A stretch of 63,069 nucleotides of DNA, the filler included, from Sphacelaria rigidula (lineage: Eukaryota), in the NCBI GenBank assembly GCA_964200075.2. It is 8 parts of 8 records of this genome, joined end to end, with 100 filler letters (N's around TTAATTAATTAA, not from the genome) between each part and the next. Parts side by side here need not be neighbours in the genome. Positions count along the whole stretch, not along the records: positions 31,588 to 39,383 come from CAXNAA020013435.1; positions 39,484 to 47,279 come from CAXNAA020013436.1; positions 47,380 to 55,174 come from CAXNAA020013437.1; 5 more parts are not named here. The stretch is one strand, 5' to 3'. A program made the position numbers and the translations under genes. Under the pieces are notes generated by a model. The model had not been told where the DNA came from. It saw nothing but the letters and a program-made list of their open reading frames with translations, and ran no database searches. Each line of letters starts with the position of its first letter. The stretch's first letter is position 1. This document shows positions 37,261 to 51,320 of this stretch, in pieces.

Positions 37261-39383
37261 CAGCAGCAGTAGGGGCAGCGGTGTCAGCAGGGGTCCAGTT
37301 CTGGGTCCGGCTCAGCCGCAGGAGCTGCTGCTCCACAGCGAGCGGTGCAGGTGGGACCGACCTCTCTAGTGTCGGGCTCGGTGCCGGCGCCGCCGGCAGC
37401 AGAGCAAGGCGAGACGCCGGCTGCGGAGCCGGTCGGTTATCAGCTGAAATTTGTATCCGCTGCTGCGTTGGCCGGGGTACCGCTGCAGTTTGGTTCTGCG
37501 GGCGGGGCTTCGTACCTGCCGGCGGTGCCGCTGACCCCAGCGGGGGCGTCTATGCCTGCACCGCGCGCGCAACCGTGGCGCCAAGTAGGGATGACGACCC
37601 ATCAGTCGGCGGAGCAGTTGCCGATCGAGGACCAAGACAATTATGTCCCTGCCGAGTCATATCTCCTCGATCAACGGGCGCGGGGAGCTATATCGGTCAA
37701 CGCGGTGTTGGATTCAGGCGTTCACTTCACGGGCGTGTCGGTGCTGATTGTGGAGATGCTGGAGCGTCTACTCCCCGGGTGAGCAAATCCGAATTCTGTT
37801 CTCGCTCGGGGCGCGGCAGGCCATCACCGCATCGGGGCAACGTATAAATGTGACTGAGCGTACGATCCCCTACAGTTGGCGTTCCTGACTACCTGAGGGC
37901 CAGCAAAATTACCCCCGATATCGTTTGCGATCATGCCGGGGACGGATGGTGTCGTTCTGTTGGGCTTACCGACGCTTCGGGGACTCGGAGCGGGATGCGG
38001 CGGTGGAACGTTTGGTGGAGCTTGGCCCCGATATATTTATGGAGTCGGCGGAAGAGGAGTCCGCTCGGAAGGTCGCGCTGGAGGAGAGCGTGACGGATGC
38101 TGGGGCGAAAAGCCTCAGCGTCTCAAAAGTGGAGCGCCTGCGCGGCATATTGCATTGCCGCGTCAGCGCGTTTCGTCGTACGCTGCGGGGTGATCCCCCT
38201 GCGCGCGTGAAGCCCATGCGTGTTAAGCCAAAACCTGGGGCGTCCGCGGTGAAGACAAAGTCGTGGCGGTACGAGCCAGTGAAGTCGAGTTGATTGGCAT
38301 TGTGCATGGCTCTTTTGGAGCTCGGGTTGGTGTGACGGAATTCACAGGCGGGGTGGTCCAGTCTAGATATGGGGTTTCCGAAGAAGGCTGCATCGTGGAC
38401 GGAGGGCAGGCTGCAGGCGTGTGCGGCAGCGAAGGATCTAATGGCTGATGCAGTGACGCTGCTCCATCCTCGTTCTAATTGTCAAGTGTCAATGTTTCCG
38501 GATACATTTGAGTGCCACTGGGGTAGTTTTGTAACGCAGGTGCATGGTGCAGAAATGCAACAACGGTTGCCGGTTGAAGACATGACGCATGAACCGCTGG
38601 CTTTTCTGAGTGGTGATTTCAAGGGTTCACAGATGCGTTGGAAATATGTTGTCCGCCAAGCGCAACGAAAAGACTTTGAGGCCGAAGAGGCGGATGTACA
38701 ATATTTCGAGTCGGACGTTGATACTGCTATCTTGGACAATGAAGGTCTGTTTCGTGTGCATGTGCGTGGCCGAAACGTTCTGTGGATACCAAGTTCTGAC
38801 AAGCAGTTGCAGGTACGTCTGGTGATTTGCGCGCAAATGCGCGACGCCGGGCATCGTGGTGTGACTGCGACGCTCGTGCGCTTGCAAGAGTTTTGTGTCT
38901 GGCAGGGAGTAGAAACCAATGTGCGCGAATTTGTCCGCCAGTGTCTTCACTGTGCTGACTCGAGGGCGGACGATGTTGTTCCCTGCCCGCTGGGGGAAAC
39001 AGTCCACGGGACCACGCGGAATGAAGTCGTCCATTTTGACTTCTTGCACGTGGGAGAGAGTGGCCCCCTAGCTTCCCAAGGTTTGTCGGAGGATGTTGGG
39101 TTTCGATATATTTCGGTAATCATGGATGATTTAAGCAACTTTGTGGCTCTGGAAACAGTAGCAGTGTGTACTGCTGAATCGACCGCTGCGTCTTTGCTGA
39201 AATAGTGCAAAACTTTGCGGGAAAATGGAAGTGTGATGTTCTGAACGATGTTCAAATTAAGAGTGCATTGAAAGGAGTCTTGGACTTACAAGAAAATTTC
39301 CATTTTCAAGTGCAGGAGCGTGTTGCAGCTGAACGTGCGCGTAGACGTGGAGGATCTTTGTCTGGACTGGAATTGCCGAATTT
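36322..39383 (+). mobile_element. Ty3/gypsy element with internal deletions in pol
   Basis: Protease AVLDSGVHFTGVS; RT N-terminus DPPARVKPMRV..WSS; connection AVTLLHP..HWGSFVTQ..EPLAFLSGDFKGSQMRW; integrase GHRG..CLHC, VHFDF and YISVIMDDLS. Confidence 0.92.
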
Positions 39384-39483
39384 NNNNNNNNNNNNNNNNN
39401 NNNNNNNNNNNNNNNNNNNNNNNNNNNTTAATTAATTAANNNNNNNNNNNNNNNNNNNNNNNNNNNNNNNNNNNNNNNNNNNN
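39384..39483. other. Artificial contig linker
   Basis: N44-TTAATTAATTAA-N44. Confidence 0.98.
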
Positions 39484-39521
39484 GAGAGGTGTAGACCGGC
39501 GTCCAGAATAGAAGGGACGAC

Positions 39522-39522
<1 letters not shown>

Positions 39523-39563
<41 letters not shown>
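39523..39563. repeat. (AC)20 microsatellite
   Basis: Read directly from the sequence. Confidence 0.97.
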
Positions 39564-39564
<1 letters not shown>

Positions 39565-40559
39565 CTATGTCCTGAAGAATAGCCTGTACTCCCCCTTGGA
39601 TATTCTTCCATGGGACGCTTGTGTTCGTCCCGGCTGTCTCAGCATAGAGCGTTTGGCCACGAACGACTTGGGTCTTCGAGGTATGACGTACCGGGGTGGC
39701 CTAGCAATCACAAAAGTTTTTCACAGTGTCGAAGAAATCTTAGCTGCAATACACGCAGGTTTGTGCATGTGTTCTTACCCGAGTATGCACGTGTTCACCT
39801 TTCAATCCCACCTTTTGTTGTCCCCAGACAAGCTCTCAGTACACGTCATTACGAGTACTGATGAATTCACTGCCTCGGCCGAGATCGCTCTCGATGAGGG
39901 CTGCGGCGGGAGCCGCAGGTGCCTTGTATATGTGTGTATATATGTACGTGTTGATTGTTGCACATTACCTGGGCTGATCCAAATTTAGCGGTGGGTCTGT
40001 CTAAATTTGAACCGGCAACCTTCCATCTTGACTGAGTCAAAATATACCGGTCAGGCCGCCGGGGCGCGGCACTATTATCAAGTAATCACGCCGTATCGTG
40101 ATAGCGCGTGGTCCCGCTGTAGTGCGGTCATGCCGCGCTGGCAACCCGCCGCAGAGTGATGAGACCCCACCATACCCTACAGCTTTTCGTTCATTGAGCA
40201 CGCGTATTTTCCCGTTTGTTTTCTCCTCTTGTTTTTGATTTCTCTTGCTCACCCGGTCTGGTGGGTAGTGGTGTCTTTCTGCGATCGCTTTCTTCCCCAC
40301 GTGTGTTTTTTCTCTTTTTTTCTTGCTTTCTCCTGTCCTGCGTCCTGTGCTCCTTTTCGCGCGCTCACGTGCACCGTGCAGGTTATCCACCACTGACGAG
40401 AGTCTGTTCTGCTTCGTTATTCCAAGTGGCGGCGGGGGGTTCCAACCGCGGTTGCGGTAGCTATCGTATGGGTGTGGGGTGTCCTTGAATACTCGGTGTT
40501 GTTTCTGGATGGTACCCCAGGTACCACGAAGGACTCAGTAGTATCGGCAGTAGATAGAT

Positions 40560-42511
40560 CTAGGTACCGTACTGCTGATACCCTGGAAGCGCGAGCGCCT
40601 GGGGTATGGCGTCGTACTTTAATCTTCTTAGGCAAGTTGTTGTTGATAGTTCTGACTCCTGTACAAAAGCATTTCGTTGCATGTAAAGTAGAGTGGTGCG
40701 CTAGGGAAACTCTGTGTTTGTGGTCACTACCGCGTCGCGTCCGTACAGTGTGAGGGTATCATGTAGTAGTATGGGACTTCAGTGAGCTGTGTCGGCTTTG
40801 ATATGTGCCTTACGCCTGAGCGCTGGGGTTGAAAGTGCTTATGGCACTTCATTTCAGGTCTTTCTTCTCTTTTTATATGGGGAGGGGGTGTACCCATGAT
40901 TCTGCATGTCGTAGCCATGAAGCCGTTGCCCAGGCCGGGGTCCTACAAAGCCGGGGCAGAGCACGCCGGGTTTCGCCGGACCAGGCTCGCTACGGGGAGA
41001 GGTAGCTCGAAGACGGTAGGGGGCGGGCAGGGGAGATCGAAATACGTATGATCCGCCCCGACTGCGGACCAGAGGCCTAGAAATGCATCAGAAGGATACC
41101 AGCAGACGTTTGTGGCACATCTCGTTTTTGAGAGACGGTTCACCAGGTGCTGATCAATTCAACGATTGTACAGCATGTGCTTACATGCCAGTGCAACATG
41201 AGTATCAGGGCTTCTTTCCCCTGTCAGGGAGGGCCGTGATATATATCAGATGGTGTGCTCATCATGCATCCGGTCGCAACGCGACGGGCTTCCCGAAGGT
41301 TATGCACTACTGTTGTACTCCTGTGAAAAATTTGCGCATGTGCGAGTCGCTGCACCCCGATGATTTACCGGTACAACTGACTACACTACTAGGTCGAAAA
41401 GATTATGGGTCCGATGCCTACCAGATGCTTTTACCTTTGACTTTTGCTGCGAAGGATCTATCTTTCAGGGCGTCAGGACATGGGATGCAATTGAGAATTT
41501 GACGGGAGTCGACGCGGTGCAGGACTGCCGATCCGAGTGATGCCACGATAGCCCCTCCTAGAAAAGGGGTCATTTTTTTTGTGATACTTTGGGGCTGGTT
41601 TTGAGGGGGGGGAAATCACATCACTTATCCAATCCGCGATATCCATATTTTGGTGTTTACCGTGAGAGCGATGGGTCGATTCCTTGAGACGATGGACTAC
41701 TTCCGCAGAAGGGATGGGATTTCTCTGAAACAAGTCGTTTCTGCCGAAGGGTCTATGCTTGGGACAAGCAAGAACGGCTTGCATACTACACCATCGGTAT
41801 TTGCTTTAGTTTTGACATAACCTCGTGGACACACAGTTATATGTCAAACAAAATGGGTGTCGTCATCTGGTGCACAGGTAGTGGTCGTTGTAGAGGAATA
41901 GCGGCCGGGATCTATATTTTTTGCAAGAGCAAAAAGTCGTTGTTTTTACCGTTTCTGATGATGGCGGCAACAATTCGTACGTATCTTCGCGATATCCGTC
42001 CCCCACAACGGGGCTCGTATATAAGCATAATGCTGAAAAAACTTCGCGAGGAGGCTAGTTTACAGGTACTAGCAACGTAAATATACGCGCGGAAGCACAC
42101 GCAGCAAACAAGTCAGCGGGAGATGACAAGCGAGATGTGCTACTGATTGCTAGTGGTCGACAGCTCGACCAAGGCCTACCGCACGCATTGCTAAATAGTA
42201 TACAAGCGAGAATGTTCGAATTGCCCGAGCCATCCCCGAGACGGTGCCCTGCTGTGGAACTATGAGAAACCCCGTTACTTTTTCATGGGTAATCATCCCC
42301 TAACCGAAGCAGCAAAAACATGGCGACATCTTGAAAAATGTGGACAAGTAACGCCGTCCAGCTCCCTTTTGATATTGGGTTTCTTCTCAAGGAACTAGCA
42401 AAGAAAGTGAAGATACACGCCAGGTAACTCTGCAATGAGTGATGCCCAGCACCGTGTACGTTCATCCAATCGTAACACTTGCCCACGTTCCTCTCGATTT
42501 CGGTGCATATG
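40560..42511 (-). CDS. Partial multi-exon host gene, product unknown (candidate exons 42453-42511, 41950-42032, 41661-41724, 41435-41557, and one starting at 40658)
   Basis: Polypyrimidine-AG acceptors and GT donors with chained phases give ICTEIERNVGKCYDWMNVHALCLYTSPVVGDGYREDTYELLPPSSETRNPIPSAEVVHRLKESTHRSHGGAIVASLGSAVLHRVDSRQILNCIPCPDALKDRSFAAKVKG. Confidence 0.5.
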
Positions 42512-45500
42512 CTGCGTGCAACGAACGCGAGGGCAAAAACAAGGAACATCTGACGTTCAATTTCGGTGCGTGAAAATCAGCCCTCAACAATGACTTCATT
42601 TAAGACGAATCAATTCTCACCGGGCATGAGAACTAGGACAAAAAGATCCCGACATGAGGCGAACATATCGCATTCAAGTCTCTACATACGTGGTGACACA
42701 CATCAGGGACAAGAACACCAGTGCACCCCGCTACGCAGATGTGTCTCCGACCACATCACCACCTTGCATGTACTTGTGCAGAGGCAAGAAACAAACATTG
42801 TTGCCGCTCAGGGAGAAAACATCGGAGAGGGGGGAAATGGAAAGGGGCTATATAACAAAAGCATTTCGTTTGCCCTCTGATGAAAGAGACCCGGAGTACG
42901 CGTGTGGGAATCTCTGGTTGCATAGGTTTCCAGGTAATGGGACAGAAACGGGGGTATGTGGCACTATGCAGGAGCTCTTCTGCATATATCTGAAGGTAAA
43001 CGCATACCGAAAGTGGCCGCGACATATCATCTTGGTTTCAGTATACGCTGCAACTGTTTCGGGACATGCATGTGCACTTTAGACAGCACGACGAGTGGCG
43101 CACCTGAGTTGAAACACACAGCCGCGTCGACTGACACCTGGCGTAGTGGAATAATACCTTTTCAGCGACTGGCAGGGTGGATGGGTAGGGCCTTCTATGG
43201 TCATTTTTCAGGTGAAGGTGAAGCCGATCCAACACATCACGTACCCCATCCGTCAACGGTGTACCCCTTTGACCGCCAGCGTGGCGCGGTAGAATGATGC
43301 CGGCTCAGCAGTGAAGTGGTGCTCGGATTCAAAAGTACACACAGACTTACTGTCGCGGCCGCGCACGTGCGCGCATTCCAGGGGAAGCTGCTGGCCCTAC
43401 ACTCTATGACCCCCGCCCGGCCGTCGCCCTACACGCGTGTGGGTTTCGGGGAAACTCGGCGGTCAAACGTGCCGGTAAGACGGGGAAAATGTTGATCTTC
43501 CCGCTTTGAAACATATGGGCTGCAGCATGAGTTCACTGTCGCCTATGATAGGCGCTGTACAATGTACAACATAATACGTCGACAACACGGCAGAGCACGC
43601 ACTACCATCCAGTAGGCAGTGACGCACAGACACCAGTAAAAATAGTAGTGCACCGTGCGGTTCTATTTGCACTGCCGGTATAGTCAGTAATACATCGTCT
43701 GTTGAGTCGCCATGCAACCCCCACTCGCTGTGTTTGTTTTCAGCTCGGTAGTTGCGGTCAGTTGTGGCCAAGGCTTTAACCAACCGTTATACAGGCGCCT
43801 GCCAACGACGACAATGAGATCATGTTGCAGCAGCTTCATATATTTTGAACGATGAGATCAAAGGGTCAATCAAACCTTTGACAGCCAGGATATTTCATCT
43901 ACCGTTGTGAATCGGCATCATGTTCCACTGTGATACCAGGCTCACAGAGTGTCAGAGTGCACGTATCGCAGTCAGTACGAAGCAAGAGTGAAACATAAGA
44001 GCAAATCCACAATCAGCTTGGCCAAATCGATCCTCAGGTTCAAGTTTAGATACAAGGAGTACATACGTGAATTTCAGTGAGTAAAAAGGGATCGACTGGG
44101 GATGCACGATTCGGCAGGGGAAGGGGCATATAGTCATCCCTGACGGAGGAAGCCTACCGTGTCGAGGGAGCTGTTATCTATTGTTTTGCACGAATTTTGG
44201 CGACCCCGGCAACAATAGCAGTTGCAGTGAAACATCGAAACAACTGAAGTATCAACAAACAAAATGTCGCAAAACCCCATCCCTCGAGGACAAAGCCAAC
44301 GCACCCCTTCACGGCCATGCTCCCGCACGCGGGTAAATCAACCGTTTTGGTTAGCAACGTACGAACAACGATGCAAGTCGAGACTGGAGCTCTATCACGA
44401 GAATGCTTGCACCCAACCCAGATGATCTATGGACCCGCCCTCGTCTTCCACCCAGGGTATAAAATCGTGTTTTTCTCCCCCCCTCAAGCATGGCCAGGGG
44501 GTATTATACTACATTTTGGCCACTATAAGCGTGAGACAAACGATGCTCCTGGGGATGGGAAAGGTATCGCTCATCTCTACGTCCTATCATTTTGATCTAT
44601 GATAATCCCACACCTCTTCATTCCTGGGGATGATCGTTTTCATTAACTGCGCAAATGCGCTCAGGGGGGTGTCATGTATACTGTTCTGGTCCGTACCGTA
44701 CGAATGACAACTGCAATGCTTCTACCTTGCGCTGTTGATTTATGACACACCCTCACGCACGTGAGTCCTTTCTTCTCTTCTCCAAAACGCTCAGCAGGTG
44801 TGTCATCTGACACTTGGGCAATCGGCGTACGAAGGACGATTCCTCTGGGGACGGGAGAGGAATCACGACAACTGCTCCGTCCTACCCTGGTGACATATGA
44901 TATTATATCCAATGCGTGTCACAAGCCGGGGTTCAAACCACTACACTCCCTGTCGGGACCAGAAAGGCACCACTACAACATTTCTACCTTACCCTATGTC
45001 GCTTATCGTAAATTCTCATCCCGATGATACAATCGTTTCATGCCCTTCTCAATTACACTCTGGAGGTATCTTATCTACCGGCTTGGCCCGGAGCGTGCGA
45101 AGAGATAGGGGTGCCCCTTGGGACCCGAACTGTGCATTTTTTCATGTGTCGCATATTCTCGTCTTCCTCCCTTCGTTTTCTCTTTCACAACACTTTGGTC
45201 ATTTCATCGTCAGGGCACACCCCCGACCTACATCTACGAACACGATGACTTGCATAGGATTTCGAACGGTGCCTAGCTCGAGCCCTGTGTCTACGACTCT
45301 TGGAATCGATCGCCTGAATGAAACTTCATTCGTTTACAAGACCAACGTCGTCCGTACCCTTTTGAAGCGCTGGAGTATTATCGCCTCTTGACTTGGTGTG
45401 GAGCTTGCGCTGGACTATTGTAGATCTCCATATTGTGGCTTCCGTTCGTGTTCTGAGTTTGGCTCCACGTGCGTCCTTCGCATGAGTTTCGATTGTTTTG

Positions 45501-47279
45501 TGTGAGTTGTTTTGGTTTGTTGTTACAAAGGGTAGGCATTGCTAGTGGTTGTACCTTGGCGGTTTGCGTCGTCTCTTGTACTTGACGTGTATACACAGTT
45601 TGCGCTTCTCCATCGAGGTGTAGGAAGGCCGGGTGTTGCTCTACCGACTCATTTCTCTATTCTTTTTCATTCGTATCATGACTTGTTTATTCCTGTGAAA
45701 AGAAGCCCCATTTTCGTTGCATCTCGCTCATTACAACGCGCAGTGAAATTGCCCTGAGGGAATACTCAATGCGACTGCGATATGGACGTGTCTGGGTGGG
45801 CTAGTGCCCCGAGGTTGTGGGGCGTGCCCCCCATATCCCTCTCAGACGCGTAAACCAGCTGTCATCTGAGACCCTTGGATCTCCCGTCTGATCGGGAGAT
45901 CAATAGTTGTCTGAGATCTCCAGATCTCCGAGTTGCTCAGTAAAGAATGTGCTTGGATCCCCTAGCCCGGAGGTGGTAACGCCTTCCTGTACTTGTAGCG
46001 ATTGAGCTCAGTGTCCTCAGCATCATACCTCACTCATCAGTGAGGTCATCTTCTAACCTGGAAGTGTTACTCGCCTCTTGGGGAATACGAAAGAGAGCAG
46101 CAAACCAGGAATATCAAAGTTACTAACAACGTGTGATTGGGCATTTCTGTCTTACCATGAAGCACGAATATCTACTGCGTGAGATTCTAAAGGATATTGA
46201 GCAAGACAGTGTATCAGATTTGTTCTCTATCGCGTACCAGAAGCCAAAGCGTCTTTCCAGGGAGTTTATTCTTCGTATCACATGCACCTGGGGAAGTTCA
46301 GGTATCCCTACAACCCCTATGCCACGTCTGATCAGTCTCTTATACCCTCTGTCCTTCACACGGCGGGGGTTGAGCCATTTTATCTTCTGCCTAGATACAC
46401 TCGAGGGATGTTGTCATCCGGTCGCCGGACTGTATCTTACCAATAACTACGCCCCTGGGGGCGGAATGGGTATCACTATAACTCCTACTATGCAGCTGTA
46501 CTGTACTGCGGGTGGACGTTTGCTCAGACAGCTTAGTGTTTACTTTTCGCCACATTTCCTCAAATAACGGTCGCAAACGCGAGTAAAACCCGTCGATCGT
46601 AGCTGCTGGAACCTCCGTCTGACGTTTGCACCGGGTAGTGTGACGCGACAGACACAAAAAATATAGGTAAGCCTACCCCTACTACATTGACACCACACAA
46701 CGATGTACAGGTTGGGTATTTTGATTGCCTTGTTCCACGGGTCGGACGAATCAATGATCCGTCTGGAAATTGCTTGATTCTAATGTAATTGATCCGTACC
46801 GTATGAATCAATCATCAGGCCTTGTTTTCAGCGTTGCGTGCCAGGTACGCGCACCCCAGACACGTGGAATGGTGCAAAAATTGCGTGGAGTCTTTTTTTA
46901 TCAGCGGTCGATGTTTTTTCCCTCCTTCGAGCAATCTGGCCTCAGAAATCATGGATTTGCGGATTCGAACCGGTGATGATTCGTCCAAACCGTGCCTTCT
47001 TCCAAGATATGTCGAACGTCAATCTATGTGTCAGGTGTACGAATGGTCATATGTCCACTGAGGAGAGTGTGGTCTTCAGGAATCCCACCTCGGATTCGAA
47101 TGTTGGAAATTTACACAGCCAGCAATCTAGCTGTATATCTTTTGTGTGAGTTTTTACTCTGTAGCAAATTCGCGGGACAACTAGTGACGGTTCGGGTAGT
47201 CGGATAATAGCACAAATCTAACCCGAGATTCCGGGTACATGTAAACAGCCAATCATCTATGTTGAGGATGGTGCTTTTG

Positions 47280-47379
47280 NNNNNNNNNNNNNNNNNNNNN
47301 NNNNNNNNNNNNNNNNNNNNNNNTTAATTAATTAANNNNNNNNNNNNNNNNNNNNNNNNNNNNNNNNNNNNNNNNNNNN
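47280..47379. other. Artificial contig linker
   Basis: N44-TTAATTAATTAA-N44. Confidence 0.98.
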
Positions 47380-49281
47380 ATGTTCGGGTTCAGGCTGCAT
47401 GAAGCGCCTCATATTGGCGACATTGGCTAGAACGAACCCAAACGTGGGAATTTTCAGCGTTCGATATCAACCGGCTTGCGTCCGTCGACGCATACGCCGA
47501 AGGCCATTTCTCATTACCGAACGTTGGGACCTTTAACGCATCGCTTCTCCTCGGGTCACGAGGACTGTCATCAACCAGTTTTTCAAAGAGTCATGCCGGG
47601 TGCACAAAATATTTCTGGGGTTTGAGTTGCCAGGAGCGCTTTACCTCATAAAACAAAACACTCGGAAGTTTATGCGAGAGCACGAAATGATTAGCATTCC
47701 AATGGTCTAGGCATATTTCGAATTCGTTTGAATGCAGGAATGTCCTGACTTATATATTTGTGTTTGTGTAGCCCCTGACTTTTGGAGTCCTTTAATGAGA
47801 ACGATCTGAGGCCGAATGTGCAGCCCCTACCGTGGGATCATGACTGCGAAATTGACTGACAAACAGAGTTGATGTGATTGTAGCTCAGAAGCTGATGAGC
47901 TATGATTCCAGCGGAGATTACAATGTAAACGAACCAAAGGTACACTCGAACGACAATACTCGCTAGCGGATACTTGAGATAGCAGGCAAAACGAAAAGCT
48001 CTCAAAACAATTTACCCATGCGCTCGGACTCTGACCGTCGAGTGCGATAGGGAGGCCATCATCATGGTCGAGTGTCAGTCGGTTGGGATATTATTAACGT
48101 AACCGGTGCCGATTTTATCAACGTCTCGATACAACCCTGAGATCGGAAAAACTTGCTTACCACGTCCAATCGAGGAGAAGAGGGGCCCGCAGTGTTAGTC
48201 GAGCGGCTTGTTTCAACGCAACAAGTCAGGCTGTCTCGTCGTCGTCCGGTATTATACTGTGAGAACTTCGCCACAGCTGACCTCACCAACTCATACGATA
48301 TTCTCAAGGAAAATCCAGTACAAGAAATTATCATTTCGTATATTTTGCGTACGTCTACCCTGTGACCACGGCTTGATTCCTAGGGGATCAGCTAGTGTGC
48401 GACGATCGATCGATGGTCGGAGTGTACTCGCTACTTCACATGGCAATGTGCACGAGTTTTGGCACATAGCCATGATCACACCTGTTTACAACCGACAACA
48501 TTTTCGTGAGATTGAGAGTAGAGCGCTGATCGAGAGTGGCTTTGATAATTCGCTGTAACTTAGCCATTTTTTCTTTCCGTGTGTGCTTTTCTGTGCCTCC
48601 ATCACCGGCGTGTGCTTACAGCTACACGTCGATATCCTACTCAGGGATGTCAAGGGCCTCAGCGGCTACTACGGAAAGCATATTGGGCCTCGGGGAGGGG
48701 TATTTCGGAACTGAAACGGTTAATTCACTGATTGACCGCTTTTCACTCCCAATCGTATCCTCTACTCTCAATCTTACGAAAATACTGTTCGTTGAAGCGT
48801 GATAAATGTATCGAAATTTAACACATAAAATTTCATGTCAAGGGATTTATTTCCGTTTCATTCCAAATTGGATTGGCAGTCAGCAGACAAAAACCTACGT
48901 ACGGAAGGACCCTAGCGGATAGCACATGTCGACAATATTACCGCCTCAGACCTCGAACTGCAAAAAAAACGACTAAAATACCATACGGCATGTTCTCCAG
49001 CGCTCTCGGTCCCAACTATACACAGACAACACGGGTCGCCGAAACATTTTTTCATGGCGGCAATAACGACTGAACACGTCACAACATGGCACATCATACA
49101 AGCGCGACTGCGACCTGAATTTGTTCTTCCTGGGACCAGCAGCACGCAAGGGGACACGCACTTATCGCCCTCCCCACCCCCCTACCCCCCCTCCCGCGCA
49201 AAACAATAGGAAGAAAGACGAAAGTATGATTATTCCACATCCTGAACACTTCATGTTCAAAAGATGCAATATACGAGAAGT

Positions 49282-49357
49282 GTACTGCATAAAGTACAGG
49301 CCTATTGCAACTATTGCCGCGACAATAGTCGCAATAGGCCTGTACTTGAAGCAGTAC
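49282..49357. repeat. Near-perfect short hairpin (25-bp core stem, 6-nt loop)
   Basis: AAGTACAGGCCTATTGCAACTATTG-ccgcga-CAATAGTCGCAATAGGCCTGTACTT, flanked by GTACTGC/GCAGTAC. Confidence 0.9.
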
Positions 49358-50299
49358 GTTTCTTGTCCTTTGCAACTGTTGACCATATATTGTCCAAGGT
49401 GTGGATTATTCAAAGGTAACTCTCCACAGCATTGCCAACCAAGCCAAACCCGCTCGAACGTATTTCGTTCGGTTTCCGCCTCACCGAACCACCAAGAGGG
49501 ATGTTTTCCCCGTTTGTATCTTTCTGCTACTCTTCTGTGTCCTAGCAGGCACTTTTTCCAAACATAAAAAGGTTGGGGACTAGATATATCAACAGGCACA
49601 CTCACACCACTTTGCACTTCCGTTCACCACTGCAAATCAACTACTAGCACACTCACACATACCCGTATCAGCCATCAATGGGCCACGTACGCCTTCCTCT
49701 TCACTTCATCACGGGAGGATGGATCGTTACGAAAGAAGGGATACGAACCCGGGTCAAAATTAATCTCGTGTGGGAAGGAATTAAGCCTTGGGAGTTCAGC
49801 TCGTGACCCCCCCCCTTCCATCCCTTTGTTCTTGTATCGAAGTTGTTGCGAAATAAAAGCCAAACGCTTTCAATACTAGACGCATGTAGTGAAACCCCGT
49901 TCAGTAATTGTAGCCGCCCTCTTAAAGAGCTACAAAGCCGGAGGAGGTCGGTTGTGTACACTTACTTGTCATTCTGGCGAAAACTGTTCGGTCAATGTTG
50001 TGTGTCAACCTCTCAGCACCGGGTACTGGGCTGCATATCCCTTCCCCCCCTAGCACGTTGCGACTGTGTTGAAACTGGTTGGAAATGACGGCCATTCACC
50101 ACTGTCATTGTACACACACGCACTCAATTGCAGTAAAATAAGACTTTCAGCTGCCGTCCGAAGACTATGAGCGGGAGTTCGACAACTGCAGTGGACGTGA
50201 TCATCGAGGAGCTGAATCCCAACATTCGACACTAAAGGCATCGTCAAGATTCATCGCCGAAATACATCGCACCCAAGCATGCTTCATAGCCCTGAATTA

Positions 50300-50480
50300 T
50301 TTGGGCAGGGAGTCAGATTCCCCTCCTGCCCAAAATTGCGAGTAACCAAGTCATACACGAAGCCAAAGTCATTCTCAATACTTGCCGCCATAGTACAAGC
50401 AATACAAGCATAGTACATAGCGCCTAAGTATTTGGGTAGTGCGTCAGATCCCCCCCCAAAAAATAAATAATCGCAAGTAA
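50300..50480 (-). pseudogene. Possible hAT transposase C-terminal dimerisation-domain remnant
   Basis: LPKYLGAMYYACIACTMAASIENDFGFVYDLVTRNFG..LTP resembles the hAT SAxIERxFS..lvt..R..LxP motif. Confidence 0.35.
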
Positions 50481-50879
50481 GCAAGGCACACATCTGTTGG
50501 AACGTATATTTACTACATAACAGGCTTCGGAATATGCACAGCGCACGACACAAACAACTTTTTCCGCCACTTACTCTTCTACTTACTCTGACAAATCAAG
50601 AAAATTCGACCGCGAGAAAGAATGCAGCACTATAATTGTATCAAGAAACATGTGAAGCAGACATTCTCGCTTCTATAAACTGCGCGGCAACGGGATAAGT
50701 GTTTGCCGGTTCAAACAACGGACCGCGTTTCATAGATAGTCAAAGAAGGAGACCTCGACGGACACGCGTACAGAAACACACACGCACACATGCACGCACA
50801 CGTACACGCACACCTACGCACGCACACACACCACCCGCGGATCGAAATATGGCACACACTCACGCCACACTCGATCGCA

Positions 50880-51320
50880 CGTAAATTAGACCGAAACGAT
50901 TGAACAAGAATCCATACATCTGCACCCCGAACGGCCTGTTCCGGGATGCGTTTCATGAAGGCAGACAAACTATCCCTGCCCTCAGGAAAAGCTGTCTCAG
51001 GTAAGTAAACTGGCCACCCTTTGAGACACGAGAACTTAATTGTTGTCGCAAAACCTGGTGCAAATTATTCATTTCACAAATAGTGAAAGGCGGTGACTTC
51101 GACATACACGCGCACACATACACGCACCACACACGCGCACGATACTAGCCCAAAAACATGGAACAAGCATCCATGCAGCTGCGTCTTGGACGGCCTGTTC
51201 CGCGTTGCCTTCTATGTAGGCAGACAAACTATCCCTTCCGTCACGAAAAACCATCTTTCACGAAGAAAGAACAGACCACATTTTGAGACACAAACAGATT
51301 ATTGATGTCGCAACAACTAT
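50880..51320. repeat. Diverged local duplication (~50890-51055 and ~51150-51320), each copy preceded by a CA/CG-rich tract
   Basis: Shared GAACAAG..ATCCAT..ACGGCCTGTTCCG..AGGCAGACAAACTATCCCT..TTTGAGACAC. Confidence 0.75.

Noticed and set aside
47380..48802. Protein-like fragments at the start of contig 7
   Set aside because: I could not establish strand, frame or family from the sequence alone
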